Origin: an uncultured Ignavibacteriaceae bacterium
Lineage (GTDB): Bacteria > Bacteroidota > Ignavibacteria > Tepidaquicellales > Tepidaquicellaceae
DNA length: 64,000 nt
Direction: 5' to 3'
Assembly (NCBI GenBank): GCA_964399995.1
Contig: CAYNTN010000007.1
Span: 226 to 64,225 of the forward strand
Shown one piece after another: positions 9,710-17,868 of the stretch (the stretch's first letter is position 1; every line of letters starts with the position of its first letter). Made by a program: the position numbers and the translations under genes. Below the pieces are notes generated by a model, which did no database searches, had not been told where the DNA came from, and worked only from the letters and a program-made list of their open reading frames with translations.

Positions 9710-10558
9710 TTATTTGATTAAAATCATTCTCTTCACTGAAGAAAAAGAACCTGCTGTGATTTTATAAAAATACATTCCGCTTGCAAAATTGGCTCCGTTG
9801 AATGTTACATCATATCTGCCCGCATTCATGTGCTCATTTACCAGCTTTGCTACTTCACGTCCTGTAATATCATAAATTATTAAAGTAACAAAGTTTGAAA
9901 CCGGCAAGTCATAGCTGATCTTCGTTGAAGGGTTAAAGGGATTCGGATAATTCTGAGAAAGTGCAAATTCCTTAGGAAGTTCTGTTTTATCCTGAACCTG
10001 CTCATTTGCCGGATTAACTCTTTCGGCAACATTGCTTCCGGTGCTCTTCAATTCCACTAATTTACCATCAGCAAATGCAGCTATGCTCGATCTTTGCTTA
10101 TCTGTATCTTCCGACCACTTTAAATCTAAATCTTTGCTGGAGAATCTACCATCCGATGTTTCGAGCTTCATACGATAAATCAATATCCCTTTATCATTAT
10201 TTGGAATTGAAGGATAGCCTTCGACATCCGAACCGGGCAGATTCATTGAAATCCTTAATTGATTTCCAAATACGTCCATCTTTCCAGGTCTCATTGATTC
10301 AGGCAATTCTGATTTAACGACGGATAATTTCAATGATCCTGATTTTGCAATATTTGGATTAAAATGAAGAAAGTATTGACCGGCAGCATATCTTAATTCT
10401 TGTTTTTCGCTTGTATTAATTAAGTAAATATCAAACTCCACTGATTTTTCAGAAGTAAAGTTTATGTTTGTTAAATTAAGCTTGTAGCTTAATTCATCTG
10501 CAAAGCTTGTGTTGATAAGGAATAACATTCCTGCGAATAAATTTATTAATGTTTTCAT
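9710..10558 (-). CDS. T9SS-sorted surface protein with N-terminal about 165-aa beta domain (possible cohesin-like); paralog of 16835..17692
   Basis: Signal peptide and T9SS CTD (QNYPNPFNPSTKISYDL...GMYFYKI...KRMILIK). N-domain shares FDIYL...GQYFL.FN..IA with the paralog. Confidence 0.75.
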   Translation of the reverse strand: MKTLINLFAGMLFLINTSFADELSYKLNLTNINFTSEKSVEFDIYLINTSEKQELRYAAGQYFLHFNPNIAKSGSLKLSVVKSELPESMRPGKMDVFGNQLRISMNLPGSDVEGYPSIPNNDKGILIYRMKLETSDGRFSSKDLDLKWSEDTDKQRSSIAAFADGKLVELKSTGSNVAERVNPANEQVQDKTELPKEFALSQNYPNPFNPSTKISYDLPVSNFVTLIIYDITGREVAKLVNEHMNAGRYDVTFNGANFASGMYFYKITAGSFSSVKRMILIK

Positions 10559-10731
10559 TTTGGTTTAATTTAAAGTTATTATTTAATGTTTTAAAAATTT
10601 TTGAGTATTAATTCTTTGTCATATTTGCCATTCCGTTTAATTAAATCCCGGAATGGCATGATCCGCAACTTTTGTTTTAAGTTTTTATTTTTAATAATTT
10701 TTTTCATGGCTCTTAAATTTTGATTTTATTT

Positions 10732-10899
10732 TCAATATTGTGAATTAAATTTTGCACCGTTGATGCAGTAACTGTGATTCAGATTTTCATCGGATTTTGT
10801 GAATATTGCAGTTTCTCCATCAATAGGATGAGTTACCTGCCAGAGAATCACCATATTGATTACTATGTAAAGCGCGAAATAAATTAGGACCTTTTTCAT
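10732..10899 (-). CDS. small (55 aa) hydrophobic-N-terminus protein, unknown function
   Basis: Below the ORF-track cutoff. MKKVLIYFALYIVINMVILW... preceded by a strong SD (AAGGAGA about 9 nt upstream). Confidence 0.4.
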   Translation of the reverse strand: MKKVLIYFALYIVINMVILWQVTHPIDGETAIFTKSDENLNHSYCINGAKFNSQY

Positions 10900-10981
10900 T
10901 TTTTTTATCTCCTTTTGTTTTTTATTTTTTTAGTGTTTCTTAATCTTTCTGTTCAAATATAAACTTGTACTTTCTGGTTAT

Positions 10982-11011
10982 CAAAGAAACTTTTTCCTGA
11001 TTTCCTCACAA
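10982..11011. promoter_or_regulatory. conserved 30-nt intergenic motif CAAAGAAACTTTTTCCYGATTTMCTCACAA (copy 1)
   Basis: 28/30 identical to 16567..16596. Lies between divergent genes 9710..10558(-) and 11056..12579(+). Confidence 0.5.
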
Positions 11012-11055
11012 TTAATTCTGTGTAATTCCATAAATTCCTTAATTCGAGTTCAGAA

Positions 11056-12579
11056 ATGAAGGATTTTGTGAATTTGTTTTCCTCAGAAAAAACAGTATTT
11101 TTTTCCATGAAAGACACACGATTGCTGAAGCTAATTAAGACATTTAAAAAGGAAGAATTAAAAGCCTTTGAGAAATTTCTTCAGTCACCGTTCTTAAAAC
11201 CCGCTCGAGATACCTCCGAACTTTATTACTACATCATAAAATTTTATCCGGATTACGATACTTCTAAACTGGAAAAGGAAAAGGTGTTTGAAAAACTTTT
11301 TAGAGGCGAAAGCTACAACGAAAAGAAGATGCTGAATCTGATCTTTGATCTGACAAAAGCGGCTGAAGACTTTTTGACACTGTCTACTATGATGGAAGAT
11401 GAGACTGAATTGCTGCTGAACTTAAGCAAAGGCTACATGAAAAAAAATCTTTCGGAAGAGTCGAACAGGATTAATAAACTGATAGAGAAAAAACTTAAGC
11501 CCGGTTTTGCACCCGAGAGAGATTATCTTTCCAAATTCAGACAGCTTATTCTTTTGAAGAGCAATTATTTTGTTGAGGAAAATGATTACGAAAATGTGAT
11601 AGCCTGTAAGAAAGAATATTTCGAAGCTTTGTCGACACAGTTTATTGTTGATTATGCTGACCTGATCGGATCTATAGTGCCGTCAAGATCTACTTACGGA
11701 AAGATCATTAGTGATGAGTTCATCGAAAACGTAATACAATGTTTTGATATAGAAAAGCTTTTGAAAGCTCTTCAGAAATCTGAACATAAGAGTAAAGATC
11801 TGATCCTGTTACATTATTATCTGCTGAAAATGAACACTGAAAAAGAAAGCGCCCCTTTTTATTATTTGTTCAGAGACACTTTCTATGAACTTGCAGAAGG
11901 ACTCGACAGAGCTGAAAGACATATCTTATTTAATAATTTGGTTCATTACTGTGTCACCAATTATGTTGATTCTGAATTCAAAACGGAAATGCTTGATGTT
12001 TATAAGAAGATGCTTGAGACAAAATCATATTCACTTTCGGAAAATGAATACATGCAGGAAATGAACTACCGGAATATTTTCTTCGGATGTATAACGATTG
12101 GAGACACTGATTATCTTGAATATTTTATTGAAAATTATTCAGACAGGATTCAGCCTGAGCTCAGAACGAACATGAAGAATTTTGCATACGGGTATTTGTA
12201 TTATGCAAAAAAGGATTTTGAAAAAGCGCTGGCATATGCATCGAAAATCAATCATGAATTCTTTCTTTTTAAATCAGACCTGAAGAATCTGATGCTGATA
12301 ATTTATTTTGAACTCGGATACATTGAACCGGCTTTCTCTATGATAGATTCTTATAAACATTTCATAGCTAATACAAAAGAACTTACAGATGAATTTAAGG
12401 AAGTCTACAAAAGTTATCTTAAATATTATGCAGATCTTTTAAAGATCAAATGCGGCCAGAGCCGGGAATCACCGGCTTACGTGAAGAAGCAGATTGAAAA
12501 AGAAAAATCCCTGATAAGCCGGAAATGGCTGACTGATAAAGCTGATGAACTGTTAGCCGGAAAGAAATATATAAAGTAA
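11056..12579 (+). CDS. hypothetical all-helical (TPR-like?) cytoplasmic protein
   Basis: 507-aa ORF with no signal peptide and a helical repeat character. No family recognised. An alternative start exists at MKDTRLL. Confidence 0.6.
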   Translation: MKDFVNLFSSEKTVFFSMKDTRLLKLIKTFKKEELKAFEKFLQSPFLKPARDTSELYYYIIKFYPDYDTSKLEKEKVFEKLFRGESYNEKKMLNLIFDLTKAAEDFLTLSTMMEDETELLLNLSKGYMKKNLSEESNRINKLIEKKLKPGFAPERDYLSKFRQLILLKSNYFVEENDYENVIACKKEYFEALSTQFIVDYADLIGSIVPSRSTYGKIISDEFIENVIQCFDIEKLLKALQKSEHKSKDLILLHYYLLKMNTEKESAPFYYLFRDTFYELAEGLDRAERHILFNNLVHYCVTNYVDSEFKTEMLDVYKKMLETKSYSLSENEYMQEMNYRNIFFGCITIGDTDYLEYFIENYSDRIQPELRTNMKNFAYGYLYYAKKDFEKALAYASKINHEFFLFKSDLKNLMLIIYFELGYIEPAFSMIDSYKHFIANTKELTDEFKEVYKSYLKYYADLLKIKCGQSRESPAYVKKQIEKEKSLISRKWLTDKADELLAGKKYIK

Positions 12580-12658
12580 TGGTAATAAGAGAAATTATGC
12601 GAAATTTCTCTTCGAGTCTTTTTAATAAAAAACAATAACCTTTCAAAAAACTAAACCA

Positions 12659-14200
12659 TCACGGCGCTATCGATGAAACAAAAGCTGATGAATTATTATA
12701 ACAAATAAGAACATCCGACAGATCAGCAAGGTTATCTCCATTTAAATCTGAAATAATGTAACCTGTTGAAAAACTATTTGCCGAGTTTTGAATTACTATT
12801 AAATCGGAAAGGTCCACACTGCCTTCACCTGTTACGTCTCCACTGTAAATGCAATACTTGGTTCCCTTAAGTTTCATATTATTCCCGTACGCTTGAGACC
12901 CCGAAGTTGTAAAATTATAAGTAAGATTACCCGAAGTGAATATCAATGGTGATTTGCTCCAGGTACTTATGCTGTTTCTATGTTTCAGCTGAAGGTAATA
13001 TGGAACTCCGTTATTTACATTTGAAAAATTGAACCCTGCAAAACCGTTTGCATGAATATATTTTTTAGCGGAATCTATCAGCAAAAATGGTGATGAGCTG
13101 CTTCTTATATATACTCTCATCGTGTCTCTGACCATTTGGTTTGTAATTTCATTGTAAAAACCTTCTACCAGAGAATTTATATTTAGCTGATCGTATTGAA
13201 TCTTAGGTGAAATATCAATTACAAGATTCTTTGAAGAGTCGCTGAAATCATACCAGATGTTGCCTGTATCAGGTGCTGTAAAGAAAAATGCATTACTGCG
13301 TACAGGGACTTCGGTTTGAAAGGCGGCTCTGATATTTGAACTTGTAGTTTGTCTTAAACCTACAAAAAACTTTTTCCCGGGTAAGATACTTACCGGAGAA
13401 CTTAAATTGTATGAAACTGTTTGGGGCGAATTTGTACCAGCAGGTGAAGTTAATAATGGAGAAATATGCATTAGTGAATCTGGCTTTCCAGCACCATTAC
13501 CTGAATAGACAACAACTTTGTATGGCTTAAATCCGCTTCCTATTGTATCAAAAAAAGTATGCTGAACAGAAGTAACTAAAACATTAGACGGACCCTGGTT
13601 CCTGAATCCTGCAACTATATTTCCAGGTCTTCCTGAAAATACTGTACCTTTCGTTTTTGTTTTACAGGAATCTGCATGATTCCATCCGTCTTTAGTTACT
13701 TTGTAGCAATATTTTAAGAAGTCAGTTTGACCGTTGATAGTCCCTTCGCCTTTTACGGCAGAAACTATTATCAGGTCATTTTCTTTAATTCCTGAATTGT
13801 CAATTTCAAAATTAACAACCGAATCAAATGCATTGTCATTCTCTATGATAATTTCATCAAGAATTTTAGGAGTTCCATCGAAGCATGAATCATCAAGATT
13901 TGTCAGTGGATCACATAAAACTGTTCCATTATTGTACACTAGCAATATAACTCTTTTATCTTCTGGGTTTGGGATATCAGAAGAAACCACAGCCTGAATT
14001 GTATCCGGAACCCCGGCCGGATAGGGCACCATTCCTTTAGCATAAAGGGCTGTTATTTTAAATGAATCATTTTGTGCTGAACTTCTTTTCGGACCTGAAT
14101 CAGAATTGTTTAACAGATAATTTTCGTTCAAAGAATAAAAAGAAAAACTCAGAAAAATCATTAGTATTGGAAGTAATGCATAGTTTACTGCTTTTTTCAT
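12659..14200 (-). CDS. secreted protein with C-terminal beta-sandwich plus dockerin-like module
   Basis: Signal peptide and SD AAAGGAGA. The last 175 aa align without gaps to the last 175 aa of 3077..5116 (83/175 identical by my hand count), including GDVTGEGSVDLSDLIVIQN...SDLNGDNLADLSDVLICYNN. Confidence 0.8.
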   Translation of the reverse strand: MKKAVNYALLPILMIFLSFSFYSLNENYLLNNSDSGPKRSSAQNDSFKITALYAKGMVPYPAGVPDTIQAVVSSDIPNPEDKRVILLVYNNGTVLCDPLTNLDDSCFDGTPKILDEIIIENDNAFDSVVNFEIDNSGIKENDLIIVSAVKGEGTINGQTDFLKYCYKVTKDGWNHADSCKTKTKGTVFSGRPGNIVAGFRNQGPSNVLVTSVQHTFFDTIGSGFKPYKVVVYSGNGAGKPDSLMHISPLLTSPAGTNSPQTVSYNLSSPVSILPGKKFFVGLRQTTSSNIRAAFQTEVPVRSNAFFFTAPDTGNIWYDFSDSSKNLVIDISPKIQYDQLNINSLVEGFYNEITNQMVRDTMRVYIRSSSSPFLLIDSAKKYIHANGFAGFNFSNVNNGVPYYLQLKHRNSISTWSKSPLIFTSGNLTYNFTTSGSQAYGNNMKLKGTKYCIYSGDVTGEGSVDLSDLIVIQNSANSFSTGYIISDLNGDNLADLSDVLICYNNSSAFVSSIAP

Positions 14201-14542
14201 TTTAAATCTCCTTTATTTTTAATTAGGTTTTACGGTTTTAAAAATAAGATTTTTTAAACCCTCTCATTCTCTGTAATTTGTAACTTAAGTTTCAAAATTT
14301 TTTTAAAATTTTAAAGTTTGTAATCGTTCCGGTTAAGCTGGAAACATTAACTAAATAAGTTAGAATTATGAGAAGGTTTGCGGGGAATAAGTATTTCAAT
14401 ATTTGTTTTTCAAATTATGAAAAAATAATTTCTTTGGGTTCAAATTACAAGAGTAATTACATTGGAACAATAAGAATAAATATGAATTGTAAAAAGATTC
14501 TAGCAGTGTAAAAGTATCTTACTTTTAACTGATCTTAACTTT

Positions 14543-14992
14543 TTAAAAATCACCTAATTCCCTCATCTGCTTCACTTCCGAATATCCATCCGCTACAAGA
14601 TTGTAATAATAGTTAAACCGGCTCAATTCCTCATTTTTGATTTCGGTTATGATTGTATGATTACCTGCTTCAAGCTCTTTATTCAAAAGATAAATCGCTT
14701 CTGTTACATCGGAATCCATCAAGACCAACTTCGCATCAGCAGGTCTTGGCAAATAAAATTTTATGACTACATATGTAAGTGTTATGTCTGTCTGATTCGG
14801 ATATAATCTTAATCTCTCATTGGAAAAATAGTTTTTTTCAATTTCATTCTTTCCGGTTGTATGAATAACATCACAATAGTATTTATGTTTTCTCTTCTGT
14901 TTTTTTGATTTGTAAATATAGTTAACTGAACTGATTCCGGTGTTTGATATTGCACAGCTTATCCGTCTGTTAATTGTTTTTTGAGTGTTCAT
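14543..14992 (-). CDS. small basic protein with degenerate T9SS-CTD-like beta-sandwich and no signal peptide; paralog of 16058..16471
   Basis: MNTQKTINRR..KSKKQKRKHK.. then LRLYPNQTD..VVIKFYLPRPADAKLVLMDSD...GNH...YYYNLVADGYSEVKQM. The ORF also opens at TTG 15010. Confidence 0.6.
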   Translation of the reverse strand: MNTQKTINRRISCAISNTGISSVNYIYKSKKQKRKHKYYCDVIHTTGKNEIEKNYFSNERLRLYPNQTDITLTYVVIKFYLPRPADAKLVLMDSDVTEAIYLLNKELEAGNHTIITEIKNEELSRFNYYYNLVADGYSEVKQMRELGDF

Positions 14993-15108
14993 TTTAATTT
15001 TTCTTTTCAATGCTTAAAAGGGCTTTAGTTTAAAATTCCCCGGACAACCAAATCAGCTGCCCGGGTTATTTTGTTTCTTCCTGTTTCTTCCTTTAATGAG
15101 TTTGTATT

Positions 15109-15175
15109 ACAACTTTCAACTTTCAACTTTCAACTTTTACTTTTACTTTTAACTTTCAACTTTCAACTTTTAACT
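15109..15175. repeat. heptamer tandem array (AACTTTC/AACTTTT)
   Basis: caactttcaactttcaactttcaacttttacttttacttttaactttcaactttcaacttttaac, read directly. Same unit family as 24935, 25153 and 28215. Confidence 0.85.
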
Positions 15176-15344
15176 ACACTCTTTTTTGTAATTTATATAA
15201 CATGCTTACCGGAAATCCAACCGGAAAATCCACATTAAGGAATGGATAAATAGCTTCATCAGAATACTCCATTCTTTTTTTTCTGATGCTAATCTTTTTT
15301 TTTCTCGCTATTCCGTTTTGCTTCTTTATTTTTATCTTTCTCAT
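15174..15344 (-). CDS. possible 56-aa Lys/Arg-rich small protein
   Basis: MRKIKIKKQNGIARKKKISIRKKRMEYSDEAIYPFLNVDFPVGFPVSMLYKLQKRV. Below the track cutoff. The N-terminus resembles the basic leaders of 14543 and 16058 ORFs. No SD seen. Confidence 0.25.
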   Translation of the reverse strand: MRKIKIKKQNGIARKKKISIRKKRMEYSDEAIYPFLNVDFPVGFPVSMLYKLQKRV

Positions 15345-15409
15345 GATGTTTTTTAAAGTTTAAAATTTATTTTTTTTCCTAAACCTGCAATGTGGACTTT
15401 GAATTGATA

Positions 15410-16000
15410 TTATTTCTCAAAATCCAAATTTACTGGTTCATTTTTATTTGGTGAGCCAACATTATTTTCAGTATCAGCTTTTAAGTCTGATATACCCGCT
15501 TCCTCAAATTTAATATTGTCAAACCATATCTGACCTGATCCTGCCAGTAATGCTCCGAATGCAATTCTCGAAGCATTTTCCGGAACATCCAGAATAATCT
15601 CATATTTTGTCCAGCCTGTTGTGCCTGTAATTCCTCTGTCATACATATTGTCAAACGAAAGCGGCTGTTGTGAATCTGCCTGGTCTACACGCAGCCATAA
15701 TCCTGTCCATCCATTTACATTCTCGGTTTTTAAATATCCTGACATCCTGATTTTCTTCCCGAGATATTTTCCGGGTCCGGCAGTTTGCATAAGAGTCCCG
15801 AAATCCATACCCTGAATATCCACTTCCTTTGACTTTATTGTTGCAGCATTTTTGCCGTGTTGCCCGGCTCCTTTATCAGTTCCCATTTCATAGCTTTCAG
15901 GTTTACTCCCGGCAATTCGCCAGCCTGTCGGTAAATCGAAAGAGAAAAATGTTAATGCAATAAATAAAACTGCGAAGATGCCTGCGATTTTTGTTTTCAT
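15410..16000 (-). CDS. secreted jelly-roll/CBM-like protein of unknown function
   Basis: Signal peptide plus an all-beta 175-aa domain (GWRIAGSKPESYEMGTDKGAGQHGKNAATIKSK...). The family looks familiar but I cannot name it. Confidence 0.6.
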   Translation of the reverse strand: MKTKIAGIFAVLFIALTFFSFDLPTGWRIAGSKPESYEMGTDKGAGQHGKNAATIKSKEVDIQGMDFGTLMQTAGPGKYLGKKIRMSGYLKTENVNGWTGLWLRVDQADSQQPLSFDNMYDRGITGTTGWTKYEIILDVPENASRIAFGALLAGSGQIWFDNIKFEEAGISDLKADTENNVGSPNKNEPVNLDFEK

Positions 16001-16057
16001 TTTTTGGTCTTGTTTAAATTTTTTTTGATTAATGTTTTTAATGATATTTTATTATGG

Positions 16058-16471
16058 CTATTTATTATTGACAATTTTATATGTGTAACTCATTCTCCTC
16101 GTATCCGAAACTCCGTAAGCTTCCAGCTTATAATAATATTGGTGACTGAGTAATTCTGCATTACTTATCCCGGTTTTCAGTATATGTCTTCCTGCTTTCA
16201 ACTCTTTATTAATAAGATACATTGAATCCGACAGATCAGAGTCCATTAATATAAGTTTTGTTTCAGAGGGTTCAGGAAGATAAAACTCTATTACAACAAA
16301 TGTATTTGTCGAGTCGGTATAATTCTGAAGTAAATTGAATCTCCCTTTTGTCCTTTCAATTGTTTCGCCTGAAGAAAAATGATAAAAGGTCGATCCTGCT
16401 TTCTTTATATTCCTTTTTGACCTCCAGTACTTCCTCCTGTTTATTCTGAATGCTGATTTTTGCGTGCTCAT
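16058..16471 (-). CDS. small basic protein with degenerate T9SS-CTD-like beta-sandwich and no signal peptide; paralog of 14543..14992
   Basis: Start set at MSTQKSAFRINRR (SD AAAGGAGAAG 6 nt upstream). LLQNYTDSTN..VVIEFYLPEPSETKLILMDSD...GRH...YYYKLEAYGVSDTRRM. Confidence 0.6.
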   Translation of the reverse strand: MSTQKSAFRINRRKYWRSKRNIKKAGSTFYHFSSGETIERTKGRFNLLQNYTDSTNTFVVIEFYLPEPSETKLILMDSDLSDSMYLINKELKAGRHILKTGISNAELLSHQYYYKLEAYGVSDTRRMSYTYKIVNNK

Positions 16472-16566
16472 TTGACTTCTCCTTTTCCGGCTCTTCCGGA
16501 TTTTAATTTTCAAGTTGTTTAACTTTAACTTGCTGTTACAAAATTAATCCTGATTTCAATTCATTC

Positions 16567-16596
16567 CAAAGAAACTTTTTCCCGATTTACTCACAA
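16567..16596. promoter_or_regulatory. conserved 30-nt intergenic motif (copy 2)
   Basis: caaagaaactttttcccgatttactcacaa. 28/30 identical to 10982..11011. Lies about 95 nt upstream of the 16471 start on the minus strand. Confidence 0.5.
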
Positions 16597-16770
16597 AATG
16601 ATATGATTAATCATTAAGAATATGCGATTTACGTCAGAAAATTAAGTTTTTTCTAAAAAAATATTCTCAAAATAATCTTAATAACTTAGACCAACCCTGT
16701 GATTTATAAATATGTAAGAAGGACTAAAAAATCGGGAATTTTAGAAAAGATGTGTATTTATGGCTGGGGT

Positions 16771-16811
16771 ATAAAACAAAACACCGGCACGTGAACCCAA
16801 TTGCCGGTGTT
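16771..16811 (-). terminator. rho-independent terminator after 16835..17692
   Basis: Minus strand AACACCGGCA-attgggttcacg-TGCCGGTGTT followed by TTGTTTTAT. Confidence 0.65.
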
Positions 16812-16834
16812 TAAAAAATTTTGTAAGAACAATA

Positions 16835-17692
16835 TTACTTGATCAGAGCCATTTTTCTTGTCTGAATAAATGAACCTGCCTGAACTCTGTAAAAGTAAAT
16901 TCCGCTGGCAAATTGTGAACCGTTCCAGGAGAAACTGTAACTTCCCGGATCTAATTTTTCATTTACCAAAACAGAAACTTCTCTTCCCGTAATATCATAA
17001 ATGGAAAGCTTCACATCCGATAGATTCGGCAAGTCAAAATTAATGCTTGTCGAAGGATTGAATGGGTTCGGATAATTTTGCAATAAGGCATATTCTTTCG
17101 GAATTTCACTGCCTATTTTATTTCCAACCTGAAGCGGCTCATCACTTCCGCCGGATTTTCCTACAACAGTTACATCCTTAATCTTTCCTTCTTCCAATGT
17201 ACTTACCTTTGTAAATGGATTATCAGGACCGGTTCTTAACTTGAGATTTAACGGCGCATCCGAAAATGCTTTTGCCGAAGTCTGAAGTCTTGCTTTAACT
17301 ATTAGTGTTCCCGGTGACTTTGAGGAAATGACAGGAAGATTTTCCATATCAGGGATCGGGTTAACAGCCATTCTCAGTAAGTTTTTATCAATTGATGCAT
17401 TTGTTGGAACTGACCCCTGCGGCAGATCCGAACCGATGATTGAAAATGTCAGCTGTCCTCCGTTGGCTATATCAGAATTGAAATCCAGAAAATACTGGCC
17501 TAATACATAAGGAAATTCCGAATCACCTGCATTTGTATGCAGAAGGTAAATGTCGAACTCATATGTATTTGGTGAAGTCTTCGTCAGGTTTTGAACTTCA
17601 AGAACGTAAGTTGGATCTTTGGCAATCCCAAAATCCATTGCTAGTACAGTTATTAAAACTGCAAGCGCTAACTTTGAAATTAAATTTTTCAT
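16835..17692 (-). CDS. T9SS-sorted surface protein, paralog of 9710..10558 (possible cohesin-like N-domain)
   Basis: Signal peptide. YEFDIYLLHTN...GQYFLDFNSDIANGG. T9SS CTD QNYPNPFNPSTSINFDL...GIYFYRV...RKMALIK. Confidence 0.75.
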   Translation of the reverse strand: MKNLISKLALAVLITVLAMDFGIAKDPTYVLEVQNLTKTSPNTYEFDIYLLHTNAGDSEFPYVLGQYFLDFNSDIANGGQLTFSIIGSDLPQGSVPTNASIDKNLLRMAVNPIPDMENLPVISSKSPGTLIVKARLQTSAKAFSDAPLNLKLRTGPDNPFTKVSTLEEGKIKDVTVVGKSGGSDEPLQVGNKIGSEIPKEYALLQNYPNPFNPSTSINFDLPNLSDVKLSIYDITGREVSVLVNEKLDPGSYSFSWNGSQFASGIYFYRVQAGSFIQTRKMALIK

Positions 17693-17868
17693 AATTACTC
17701 TGTTGGTTAAATTTTAAAAGAATAATTTTTAATATTTTGAGATATTAGAGGTTTTGAGTTTTACCTACATTAATAAAAAAATATGAAAGTATATATGCTA
17801 AAATCATTCTTTTTCAGGGCACCCGGGCACACGGTTTGAGTGTTAATGTGGAAATGATTTGGAGAATG

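Noticed and set aside
10591-10707. 38-aa basic mini-ORF (MKKIIKNKNLKQKLRIMPFRDLIKRNGKYDKELILKNF)
   Set aside because: It has no SD. The ORF is centred on a perfect 9-bp hairpin (GCCATTCCG...CGGAATGGC), which more likely reflects an RNA/DNA structure than coding sequence.
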